Assembly: GCA_030141605.1 (NCBI GenBank)
Contig: JAQGDQ010000078.1
Span: 310,001 to 374,000 of the forward strand
Origin: Tubiluchus corallicola
Taxonomy: Eukaryota; Animalia; Priapulida
Length of the DNA: 64,000 bases
Direction: 5' to 3'
Shown here: positions 38,180 through 51,000 of the stretch, in pieces
How the letters are laid out: the number at the start of each line of letters is the position of its first letter
Position numbering within the stretch: position 1 is the first letter of the stretch
Position numbers and translations under genes: made by a program
The notes under the pieces: model-generated
Database searches by the model: none
What the model was told of the DNA's origin: nothing
The model's input: the letters and a program-made list of their open reading frames with translations, nothing else

Positions 38180-41100
38180 ATGGCTTCAAATCAGGTTAGT
38201 TATTTGAAAGTAATCAAGTTTATCTATGTTTGCCTAGTTAACTTTTATATGACTCAGCTTACAGTTGCAGATTATTTGATTCCTTGCATAATATTTACAG
38301 CTTACAGAGAGGGTTGTGATGCTATATATATTACAGAAAGCCCAGCAGTTTTTTACTCACTTCATTATTGCACAGTTGAATATTATTTAGGCTCAACATT
38401 TTGGCTTGTTACACAGATCTATTTGCTTAGAATAGGTCGTTCGGCTTTGTCTAAAAATTGTACTCGGATGCGTTTTGTGTTTGAATGACAGAAAGTAGAG
38501 CTTTGTATGATTCATTGCACTTCATTACATTGTTTTTCTGAATTTAAACAAAGCAAATTCTTAGTTGTAATTCGATTAGTAATTAATGCTGCACGTAAAA
38601 CTGTACTATCACTTCATTCACTTAGAGGAAAGGCCAAGCCTTCTGGGAAGTTAAGCTTACTTCAGTGTTTGCAAAAATTGGTAGAAGGATTTAGTAATGA
38701 AAGTGTGATGAGCGCCTCGTGCGATGCGCTTACAAAAACCATGAAGTCCACCAGTTACTTCATCATTTTTAAGTGGATGGTGCTAATATTAACTTTTGGC
38801 TTTACTACATGCTTTTGCAAATTTCTTTGTTATATGTTGCTAATTAGTTTAAATGATTACACTAAACTGAATGCAACATTCTAAGTGACTTGTCTTTTCC
38901 CTTAAGATAAATGGGAAATGAGATACTGTATCTTTTTCAACATGTGCGTAAAAATGACATTTGAAACAAGAGGATTACTAACTACTAGTGTAAGATATTA
39001 TATGGCAGAGACTTCCTTTCATACTTTAGGCTTATAAAAAAGTTTGCACTCCCAGCGGCTATGCGAATTACATAAGATGTCAGCATTTTCGTGTCTTGTG
39101 TAATAATGTGCATTTTATTTTACCGAAATTTAGAGACCAGATGATCATAGAAGGAAGTGGGATACAGAAGAATATGAGAAGATTGCTTTGGAGAGGATTG
39201 AGGCCGAACAGCGGCTAGCTCTGGGACTCGATAAAAAAGAGAAGCCAGTCAAACGAGAACTTTTGCAAAAAAGAGATTACAAGGTTTGTAAAGAAACCTG
39301 CCTTGTAGGTACTTTGAAGACAGATTTTTTTTATACATTTGTTATTTGCTTCTGGAGAATCTAAAGTTTTAATAAAATTAGATGTCCTAATTCGTATGTA
39401 AATTATATTATCTTTGAAATAAAACGGGAACTCATTTTTTTACCAGTTTCTGTAAATTTTGGCAACATTAATCTTCACAGCAACATTCTGATAACCAGCA
39501 ACTAATAAGCTGCAGGTGAAATATTCATAGTGCAACATTACATTAGTAATGCCAATAAATTTGACTGCAAAAATCAGTTGAAAGCTCGTTATGATTAAAC
39601 TAGTGACTCTGTTTTCTAACTTAACAGCTTATCTACAATTGTTTTCACTGTTTGTGCATAGAACAAGTTTCATGATTTTTATTATGTTGCCTAAGATATG
39701 CATCAGTGTATCAGTAACAGTTCTATTATCATTGAAACATGATGTCTTAAATAAAAATGTATTTCATAAAAAAGTGTTCCTATGTTTTTGACTAATGCCT
39801 TCTGTTCTTCATATAGTTAATGCAATAATTGGTATTTGAAAGTTCCTTTTAACATTTTAAATAAGAAAACTGCTTCTTTTTTAATTTTTATGTCATCTCA
39901 TTCTGTACTATTATCACTATGATTATTTTTAGGTTGATCTGGAATCAAAGTTAGGAAAGTCACAAGTGATCACAAAAACTACACCTGCTTCACAGCAGGG
40001 CGGGTAGGTTCCCTTTATTTGATACTTGATCTTCATTATAATTTTTTTATTAATTTGTGTGCGTTTTTTATTTTAATTCTTATTGTACATTTTCTTGTAC
40101 AAATTTTTAATTATAACGTGTAAATTATTTTATGGTTACCTGGGCTGAAATAAAATTCTAATAAACTTATAATTAATTTTGGTGGTATGGTGTTTATGTA
40201 TTCATGAAATTCGAGGCTACAGCTTCAATGACGACACCATTTTGGGCGATCTGCATATCAAACCAAAGGTCTCAATCTAGTGTCATCTCATTGATGGTTT
40301 ATTTTTTTAATCGGGTCCACAGAAAGGAACCAGGGAGGAAAAACTTCCAAAAATTGACGTTTTTTGCACAACTTTTACGTCTTATTCCTGGAGAACAGCA
40401 ATGTGCCTGGCATAATGCCGGTAATGGTTAAATAATCTGTTCAATGGTGGGTGTAATAGGCATATTTGTAACTGCAACAGGCATTTTCCTGGACCAAACT
40501 CCAGATTTTTTCGAAATTTCACCAAACATAATAATAACATTTTTTAAGGCACGTGCCATGATCTAGGTGTTTCAGATTCTCTGAACCTGAAAAACTTTCT
40601 TCATTTCTATTTTTAGTTTTAAAAATAAGCCAATGTTTGGTTTGCTCAAAATATTCAGTACCAAATATGAATCACCTGGAAAAAATCAGAATACTACAGC
40701 TCACCTAATTCAAACTCACTACTAATTATCTACAAAATAAACTCATATTATTTTTATTTATACATACGTTGTTCATTGTTTTTATTAAAATTTTTTTTAC
40801 TCGGCTTTACATTTCTATGTTTTCCATATCCACTTGCCCAGCAATGTGAACTTCTACTAATAACTGTTACCAAAATCTATGGCCGTGCCACATTTAATCA
40901 CTGATTGTTACAATTTAGAGTGTATTTCATGCAAAAGTTATTGCAACGCTGACAGTATTTCTTTCTTAGGTATTATTGCAATGTTTGTGACTGTGTGGTA
41001 AAAGATTCTATCAACTTTCTGGACCACATTAATGGGAAAAAACGTATGTATTTTTGCCATTTTACTAATTCAATGCCTTAACAAAATCTGCTCAAGAAAA

Positions 41101-44100
41101 TTCTTTATTTTCATTTATTTTTATCTATCAATAATTCGCTTGTTGCAGGTAGGGATGTTAATGATAACGATACGTATCGATAATTGTAGATTATTGTATT
41201 GATATGAAAAATTGGCTTTTAGCTTATCTGTATCCTAGGAATATCGTTATCGTATCGAATTTGGCAGGTATCGTTGCTTATCGATTGCCTTTATAAAATC
41301 GCTTCACATTTCTTTTCTGTTTATCTACAGTAATTGAGCAAAGAAGTGGATAAAAAGAATTATTTAAAAGTATAAGCTTGTCAGATGCCGAATCATTTTC
41401 GTGTACTTGCGCCTGGCATTTTATTCTAAATCATACCGACAATGAGACCCCTTACACACTTTGTTACTTTGCAGATGTTAAATAGCACTGTAACGTATGT
41501 TTAGTGTCCTTTCCCAGTCATGTGCTGATCGCATAGATAATTATTTTTATCACAGTAGTGTTCTTTATCCATTGCAGCTTACTTATTTATGAATCATTAT
41601 GACAAACAAACTTGTGTTTCAAAACGAGCAGCCATTTAAGTGTACATCACTGAAAGCACTAAAGCACTTAATAATTTTCATTATTAATGATACTTTTTCC
41701 GTTGTTGTATAAATTGTCTAATTTCAGTATCGTTTTTATCGCTCGAAATAATTTATCGTACCGTATTGTCTAAAAACAATTTATCATTATCGTCTCATTA
41801 GAAAAAAGTATCGTATCGCCAAATTTGTGTTGTTAAACATCTCTAGTTGCACACGCAAGTACTACAGTACTACAGGTTTCTATTAACAGCTTTAACTTTC
41901 TTCTAGATCAGAGAAATCTTGGGATGTCCATGCGTGTAGAGCGCTCATCACTAGACCAAGTAAAAAAGCGATTTGAACTAAATAAAAAGAAAAAAGAAGA
42001 ACGGTTAAAAGAATATGATTTTGAGCAGCGGGTTCAGGAACTCAGGGAAGAGGTAACAATCAAGTTGTTAATTATCAAAAATTGTATTTACGGTCTGTCT
42101 GATAAATTTGTACTGCGTAACATGGAATAATGCCAGAGGCGTAACAAGGTGAGCGCAACGGGGCAATCGTTCCATGGCGCAAAATTTTTCTAGAATTCAA
42201 TGACTGTTAATTATTAATTACACAGCCAACATTAACAAAACAATTAGCAACAGTTTTCAAACAACAACAAAATTCCTTAGCCAAAGATCGTCGTACCTGA
42301 CTTAATTACTACATACAACCTAGAAAAAAAGGCTAGTGTTGTTACTTAATGGTGTGTTGAAGGTGAAAATGTTGATAATTTTGGAAGAAACAGTGGCGTT
42401 TTTCTAAACGTCGATTGTATTATTGTGAAGACCTATAGTGTTCTGTATCTTTCATAATTATCTTTGCATGCTTTAATGCTGGAGCAGAATGTTTAAGAAC
42501 TGTCGTGTTATGCACAACTAATGCATAGAAAAAAGTTAATATGGTGCAGTAGCACAAATCAAACTCATGGTGCTTTTTGGAAAAAAATTATTTGTCTTTA
42601 TCCCATCATGTCGAAAAAGGAAAGTCGAGATCAGGGACGCAAAAAAACGGGCACAATTTGTGGCTTCGCCCACGAAACAAAGGGCGCCAGAAGTTTTTTA
42701 TCCCCGCGCACCACAAGCACTTGCTATACTAGTGAATAATGCTCAGTTCAGACAAATTCTGATGGCTGTATTTGTTCTTATATCTTTTCACACTGAAAAT
42801 CACTAACTGTAACTTGGATCATGATTCCAACTTGTTAAATATTTTTGATGCTTTTAGAAAAAAATCAACTATTCTGTTATCTGTGTTCACCTCACACCCA
42901 AGAACTGAAAGAATGAGCAGTACCTTTAGATTATCAATAAATAAAAGTCATTTCATAGGTCTGAACATTAGGTTTTCTGGTAGCCACTGGCTGCCTGTTA
43001 AGCAATATCCTACATATAAAAACAAACAGTAAGCGAGTATAAATCCATCTATAGCATTTTGTTGGCATGTTTGTTGACATGTTTCAATCAGCCTAGCATA
43101 AAATTAATGTCTTAAAGTATGCACCTGCTTTTCTTCCAAAAGTGGTAAGAAAATTTTGTGATCATAATTAACAAAAAATATATTGGTATTAAATTTATGG
43201 TACATTAACTTTAGCTGGAAGAGAAAAGATTGCATTTTTTTGATATATTGATACTTCTCAGGTACAAGTGTTCGTTGAACTACTTGTCCATTTAATACCT
43301 AGTTGATCAGCCAACTAAATGATCCTTTGCTTGAATAGTCACTTGTGTTAGTGACTAATTAGTTATTAATTTTTGTTTGTTTTTTTGCATTTTAACTGCA
43401 ATAATAATTTATATTTGCTTTTTTGCCATCAGGATTCATCAGCATTATTTCTTAAGGATAGTGTCCATTGCAAAAACTGGTGTAAAAAATTTTGACCCAT
43501 TTTTGACGTTTGTGGTGAAAACTTTGAAAGTTCGTGAACACTCGTGTGTTAAGGTCACGGGCTAGAATTTTATATAAACTTATGTAGTGTTATTGCAAAT
43601 GCCTTGACTTTGAAATTACAGTTAATGAGCCATCCATGTCTGTGAAACATAAATGGAAGTGTTATATCTAATTACATAAATAGCACAACTGTGCTGCCAC
43701 AACATGACACAATTGTGCCAGAATTTATTGAATGTAATCAAGAATAGTGTAATCAATACATACATACTCCAACAATATCAGGATTGTTTACCTAGGCGGC
43801 TAATTCAGAAAATGTACCATTAGTTGTAGACTATATTATATTACAAAAATGTTGTTATTCGCTTTTGACATGGTTGATTAATTCTGATAATATTACTTGC
43901 TGTTTAAGTATTCAGATATTCATGTTACATCAAAATTACATAACTTTTGGCAGTCAAGATTGTACAGGTAATTCATTTATTTTTACAAAAATTCTGACTT
44001 GTAAACATTTAATTATTTTGTTAGTTTAATCTCATAATTTTTATAAATTTTAACTTTTCACTGTAAGTGTTTTATGAATCTCATGTTGGAAATAAAATCC

Positions 44101-44297
44101 TGTTTACAATAAGCTGTTGCGCATATTTCATCTCGATGATTTCCTTTGCACAGGAAGAGCGACAGAAACAGTACAAGAAGGAAAAGCGAAAGGAAAGAAA
44201 ACGCAAAGCTGACGAGTCTTTAGAAAGAATATCTGGCTCCGACGACATGGCATCTCTGATGGGCTTTTCAGGCTTTGGAGGCAGCAAAAAACATTAA
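38180..44297 (+). CDS. ZMAT2: Zinc finger matrin-type protein 2 (Snu23, spliceosomal B complex), 199 aa
   Basis: Exons 38180-38194, 39134-39283, 39933-40003, 40970-41043, 41907-42052, 44154-44297. Translation [17 protein letters not shown]...[20 protein letters not shown]......[49 protein letters not shown]...MGFSGFG. Confidence 0.96.
38626..38901 (-). mobile_element. Kolobok-type MITE (276 bp) in a ZMAT2 intron
   Basis: Both ends match the ends of 58179-61422 in inverted orientation. Flanks TTAG (38622-38625) / TTAA (38902-38905). Confidence 0.8.
41150..41845. mobile_element. hAT-type MITE in a ZMAT2 intron
   Basis: TIR TAGGGATGTT...AACATCTCTA, many TATCG subterminal repeats, diverged 8-bp TSD GTTGCAGG/GTTGCACA. 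Confidence 0.75.
42134..42734. mobile_element. hAT-type MITE in the last ZMAT2 intron
   Basis: TIR CAGAGGCGTAACAAG / CTTGCTATACTAGTG; perfect 8-bp TSD AATAATGC (42126-42133, 42735-42742). Confidence 0.85.
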
Positions 44298-44394
44298 TTG
44301 CACGTAATTTTTAAAGATTACTGTTTTATAGTAATTACTATTTGACAAGTTGTTTATTATATAAGCAATTTATTATGGAATGCTCATCTGTAAG

Positions 44395-45000
44395 ATGCAT
44401 GCTTGCACAGCAAAAACGTCCATAACTCTGCAATTAAGCTTTTCTAGTTATTCACATATGAATCACCATTTCATGAGAATCACTTTGATAGCAAGTTCAA
44501 TGCCCTATGTCATTTCTAAGCTGAGATGATCCACATTGATGTTGAGGTGCAGGCTGGGCACTGAAAAACATAATGTTGAAAAAATCGCTGCAAGTTTGCC
44601 ATTGTTTTTTGCCATATTTCTACAAAACACTTAGAAACCGTAGGAACGGGTGGTTGCTATGGACTTGTAAGTGCACATTGAAGTAATGTATGAATCCAGT
44701 AAATGGCTTTCCAGGCGAAGATAATGCCACAAGCTACTATCAAAGAGTTTTCACAATTGTAGTACTACTTTTTAGACAAGGAAGTGGGTAACAGGTTAAT
44801 AAAATTAAATTTTTAGAATTTTTGAACAATTTCCTGACGTCATTTTGATGCAAAAACATAAATGTCCAATATATTTAGCATTTGTAAGTGTAAAAAACAA
44901 AAAACTGACATTTGACCCAATTTCTAGTGCATTTTACTTAGAAGCATGAATGTATTTAACTGTGCTGACTTACGGACGGTTTGGGTTTGCAAGCACACAT
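44395..45000. mobile_element. MITE family A copy 2, about 100 nt after the ZMAT2 stop codon
   Basis: ATGCATGCTTGCA...TGCAAGCACACAT; uninterrupted inverted homologue of 8200-9436. Confidence 0.8.
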
Positions 45001-48000
45001 GTAGTACTGATGTGACAAGCGATGTCACAGAAGATGAAATTTTATTGAATTTTTCAATTTCCTTGTAAATAAACTAGTGCCGTAAATAAAGTGGTTTGTG
45101 TGTCGTTGTGTTTATTGAAAATTGTAACAAAATTGTTTCGTTCCCGGTGCTCAAGCCATTTTTTTATTAATGAAGCGGGAAAGGCAGTTACTGCCAGCAT
45201 TCAAAATGAGCAATATTAGTAAGCAATATAGAAGCCTAAATTTCTGCTAAAAATTTCTTAAATGTGATTAAAGCCGTCTAAAATTCAGAAAACTTGATTA
45301 CATGTAGCACATGCTAAACTTGAAACTAAAAGCAAAACTAAAACAGTTAAATATACAGTTTTTAAAATATCTAAAAAATCCATATTGCAATGGGTTTATA
45401 GAACTACAGAGCCATTTGTTCACAAGCCCTACTCTCATCGTAGTTATAATTCCTCCATGCCTAAGATTGTTCCGTGCCGAATCTTTATCACATTTGACAT
45501 TGTAGATGCACGTTTTGGGAAATAATGATCATACAATATTCATTGGTAAATTACATGTTGTAATGTGGATCATTTAAAAACCCAAGCATGTCGAGTTGTA
45601 AATACATATTTGGTATAAAACGGTGACAAAATTCGGAGCATCTCATGAAAAAAATTATCATATCACACTTCACATGAGCCACATAAGCTGCAACGAGTGG
45701 TCAAAGCAAACAAAAACTTGCAAGATTTAATAACAGGTTAAGAACATCTTCACAAAGCAGATTACCCTAACCATCTTCTTTCATGAACACCTCTGTGCAA
45801 TAACACAGGACCGATTTGAACCGAGGATCACTTCTTGTGACTATGGCTCGATGCTGCAGACCAGTTCTTCCTGGTGGACTTAAGCAAACGACTACCAAAT
45901 GTGTTAGTGCACTGCCATAAACCCTTTTATGTTTTCACAGAGAAACATCCAGTCATCTTAGACCTATATGTGCTATGGATTCCCTATGGGCTTGCAAGTA
46001 TTACCCAGGATCCACCAGAAACCTCACGGTATGTGAGCAAAAACAGGCTCCTCTAATTTTGACAGTGCTGTTGTAAGTCAAATTGAATGTTCCCCCAATA
46101 GAAGGACCATGCTCTTTTTCAGATTGTAACAATAGTGACTTTTTTGAACTTCATGAAACAAGCATTACACAATACACAGACATTTTAGAGACAGAAAAAT
46201 ATGCTAACTGTTGCACGTTTTGATCAAGAGAAAACTATATGAACACAATAATTTTGAAACTCTCGTATTTTTTCATATAATGAAAGAACAAAATAGCTTT
46301 GTCAGACTAGACTAGTTTTTGTACTTATCAGGAATCATTTGTTGTACATAGGTACTAACTGGCTAAATGCTTGTTTTACACTTAACAGTTCACTGATTTG
46401 GTGGCATTTTGCATGGAAACGCAGACAAGTTTCGATCATGATGGTTTTAATGACATGTAGTAGTAATCAGAACTATGCCCTGGTAACAATTTATTGTTCA
46501 TGTATAACAATGTGTAGTTCTCAAAGACATTTTTTCAAAGATGATAAAACAGATTCAAGTACTTCTGCATGCTTTCACCATTGGTTGCTAGTTAGCCGAA
46601 TATTAATTTTAGTATATAGTAAGGTAAGCCTACTGGCAATTGAATGCACAACAGACAATGTCTTCCGCAATGTGAATTTGGTAAGTTGTATGAGTAATGT
46701 GTAATAATTGTATATGTATTTCAGTACTAACTTGGTTTAAAGTTTTGTATGACATGCCTACACATACGCTGGCAAAAAAATCAGTGTACAATTTGCCTGA
46801 TTAATAAGTGCATTACTTTACAAGTAATTAAACACAACTTCTTTTAATGTAAAAGCAGCACAGTGACTAAACGCATACGACATATCATACAGTATTTTAC
46901 ATTGATATAGACATTATTTTATATTAATAAAAAATCAGAAGCAAACTACTTCATGCAGCATCCACAACAAATCTAGAAGAGAACAAAATTTCGCTGAAGC
47001 ATGTGCTTAGCAATACTGAGTCTGGTTAGTAAATGAACAGGTGAATGCTGGGAAAATCTGTTTCAGCTACCACACTGCCTCTGGATATTTCTTTCATTCA
47101 GAGTGGGTGTACATGAATCAGAATGCGGCCAAGACATTTCAATTCTTTCAGTATTCACTGTTCATTATCTTATCTTAGGGGATTATCTTTGACAGTCAGC
47201 TAGATTTTGGTCCCGTAACAACTACTTAAATTAAGTAACCCTGCTTTTGAGTGTTTAATATTTGCTTGCAGTTTGTTAAAACCATGTAAAAACTTCATGC
47301 TTGCCGTTTTTTTAACTTAGGCAATTTTGTAATTAATTACTTTAGTTTATGTCATCAAACAGTCTAAAACAAGACGAATTGCATTAAAACACTAAAAACA
47401 GTTTTACCAAAACCAACTAGTTTGATAAATGTAAAAAAACAATCGATAAGGTAATAAATAACTGTTCGTGACTATCATTAAGGTTTGCCATTCAAACAAA
47501 GTGTAACTAAATTTGCAAAATTCAATGTAAAACCTAATTTCGTTTATAATGACATACATTTGAAAGGAATGAAAACCTGAGTTACATAAAAATCAGAAGC
47601 TAATAAAAAACATACCTGACATAAAATGAGAATTTACATAATTTCCCTTTTGCTTTTAAAAAAAGTTATTAAAATTGCACAGTACAGTTTATGAGAAGTT
47701 TTATAATAACTGGTTGATCGTCTATACTTGAAAACTAAAAGCTTTAGTTCGTGCTAACATCAATGTATCTCTGGGTATAGTATAATTTATAATATTAATG
47801 GGTATTTTGGTTCACTGTTGAAGTGCAAATGAAAGATTTTCAATTAAAAGTTTGGTTTATAAAAACAAATACAAAACAAGCAGAAAATTAATAATTGTAA
47901 AAAAATTAAAATACACAATTCCAAGCTAAATGCAAATTTATAAAAAAGCCTTGCATTACACTGCAAACATTTTTGAATGAAGTCTCACCTAAACACCACT

Positions 48001-48066
48001 CTGTTGTCTGACTACTCTAACTGCATTCACTCATTAACTCATCACCTACTGGCATTGAAAAAGCCA

Positions 48067-51000
48067 TCAACAGAATAAGCTATCCCATTCCGACTCTGCC
48101 ACACAAGATTCTCCTAAAAACCTGAAACAAGCACAGAAAATTGAGAACCAAGAGACCTTATTTTTCCCACTGACTACTAATAACAATGACCAACAACTAC
48201 GTATAGCATGATGGCGATATGTATATGGATTTCATCACCTTTTATTTTTTTTAATTACTAATAAAAATTTTTTTGTATTAATTGTTTATACTAAAACTGC
48301 ATTGCTGTATAAAAATTTTTATATGAATAAAAGAATAATAATAGTTTATACATTGAGCTTGACACTGGAAAACTGAAGTTTAGTTTTCGCACAATCGACA
48401 CTGGATAGCACAGCTACAAGGCATGTAGAAGGCCCGGCTTTCAATCACAGTAGAAAACAAAATTTTTCAGACTTTCTAATTTAATTTCCATAACAAACAG
48501 TGATAAATATACACTAGAAATAGTGATACCATGGGAACCATTTTCACAATGAAAGAAAGATTCAGGCCCTCTATAGAAGTGTGTGTCAGATAGCACACTC
48601 TGGCTTGCCTTATGATATACACTTTAGCATATCCAGTCTATTTTTTGTTCAACTAATAATTATGTTCAATGAATTAATCTAATTATTTTAGATAACTTGT
48701 TATTTGACTAAACTTATTAATAGAGTTGTTTGATTTCGTGGTAAAAGTTAAGATTTCTGCATAATGAGTCTAATAACAGATTAAAAAGATAGCTAATTTC
48801 TGATTTGGCAGTTATCTGACTAGAGGACTATTTATTATCTGTGGATGCTGCCCACAAATATTTCTTGAAATAGTGTAACTTTGTGTAATCTAGATGCTAG
48901 CAGAGTAGCAGTAAGCGGTTTCTTCAAGACTAGTTCAATAGGTGTTTACTTCTGTAAAAATATATTAAAAAGATTTTGAAAAACATAGTTTATACTAATG
49001 AGTTTCACAATTAATAACTGTATGCAAAATTGTATGGGTTTTGTTCAGCAACACACAAATCATAAAAAGTGTAATTATTTAAAAAACTCAGCTCCTAAAT
49101 TGTGATCCAAATATTTAAACAGTTTGTTCCACAAAGGTTCATCAATTAACATACCTCGACTGTTTTGTTCCGTTCACTTGGAAGAGATCAACACGGGGAG
49201 AACTAAAAAGGTCCATTAGCAAATCCTCTTTCTGCAAAACGTCAAATAATAACATACTTAAATCAAATACATTGCATTCAATTTGCCAAACATTATCATC
49301 TTTCCAGCAACTATTAAGATATTAATCATTTATAATTTTGTTTCAAGAAAGAATGCAATTAATAGTCGATTCAGCCTATAGCTATTAAGTTAAAAATCAA
49401 AACCGAAAAATGTGAAAAAGCTTGGTCCAAACATGGATATGAACCAGTGACTTGTGTATTACAAGTTCAGCACCATGACCACAAGACTACTCAGCCTCTT
49501 GTGATTAAGAATAATCTTAGTAACTCACCAATCAATCTAGTATTTCCAAGTAAAAGTTCACTTACACTAGAGTGATTATACATTTTTCTAATTTTAATGT
49601 TTTTAAAAGTCATTTAAAAATGATTAGTTTTTTATTGGACATTCAGATAAAATGTTCATCAGCAAGAACCAGTAAGGGTTCAAGAATGAAACTGCTATGT
49701 TTGCAGCACTAACACAAAACTGTTTGTTATTCAGCCTGGATTTTGATATTTCTATTTAGTTATGCACTGCTGCATTAAGACTGATGTCTGATCTTGAATC
49801 ATAATAGAATTAGAAATTTACCACTGTAGCTACTGCACGGGCTACCCACATACACAGGTACGGATGTAAAAATCAATTACATACTAAAGATGGCTACCGT
49901 AAAGTATCTGGAATGTATTTATAGTTTTGACTTTTCCTTTCAAGATTTCAGCAATAAAATTTCATTTTAAAAATATTATATTTTTCCTTTATAAATTGGC
50001 ACGTAAAAATCTTGTTTTACAAAGCAATACTCACTTTACTACAAAGTTTCCACCAGGTGTCTCAATAATATGCAATTAATAATATTTGCTCTGTTAATAC
50101 GTATCCAAAAAATACTATTTAGAAATGTGTAGTGTAACATCACATATTTTTCAGAGTTCATTGTGGCATTTTTCATTAAAAGCATCAACCTGTTGTAGAT
50201 CTAAGAATTTATCTTGCTGCAAGCACAGTTCATCTACAACTTTCACTAATATATTTCGTAATTGCTATGCCAAATTCAAATGCAAGAGCCGGTATCCTGA
50301 TACTTGTACAGAAAGTAAAGAAGATCAACGTAAGTGTAAACACCAGTTATTGCTGAATACCTTTTCACTCTCAGTTGTTTCAGTTGCTTGCAGTTTCTTT
50401 CTTCTTTGGTTTTGCTTCTTCTTATCTTTGATTACAGTTCCGTTGCCTTGAGTTACTTTCCGAAATATGCGTTTGCTCGAAACTCTCTTCCTGTTTTCTT
50501 TGCTGTTTGTGTGTATATTTTCACCATTATAATTTGTTTGCGCTCTACGTTGTCGCAGAGTTCTGCTTCGAGAAGAACTCAAACCATTACACTTGTTTGG
50601 AGCCTATAAAAGAATGATGAGATTACACAAATTGCACAATCATTAAAAATTGTTTGAATGTACCTATCAAAAAAACATACGCATAGATATAAAAGAATGG
50701 CACAAGATAACATAAATGTGATATTACATATTAAGAAAACATGCAAATAATTCCCATCGGATGTGTACTAAAGGCGACAGACACGTGAAAGCAGGCATAC
50801 AAGAATAAAGTTCTTGGCTCAAAATAGAGCCAATAACCATCCCATTTTAGCTAAGACTTAGAAAGTAGATGCTTAGAAAACCAACAGTAAAATACAAACA
50901 TGAATAAATCAAAGCATCACCAAGGATTTGAGATATCACATATACTGACTAATTTTATCAACAAGCTTAAACAATATTAACTCGCATCATGGACACAACC

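Noticed and set aside
40544-40897. Possible TTAA-flanked MITE (GGCACGTGCCAT / ATGGCCGTGCC)
   Set aside because: The TIR alignment needs gaps and there is no second copy in the window.
45720-46100. GC-richer stretch between ZMAT2 and the HMG-box gene, possible extra exon or RTE remnant
   Set aside because: No consistent frame or splice pair, and only a faint PPGR-like LINE similarity.
48400-48455. tRNA-Lys-like SINE head
   Set aside because: Too short and degenerate; no intact B box or cloverleaf.
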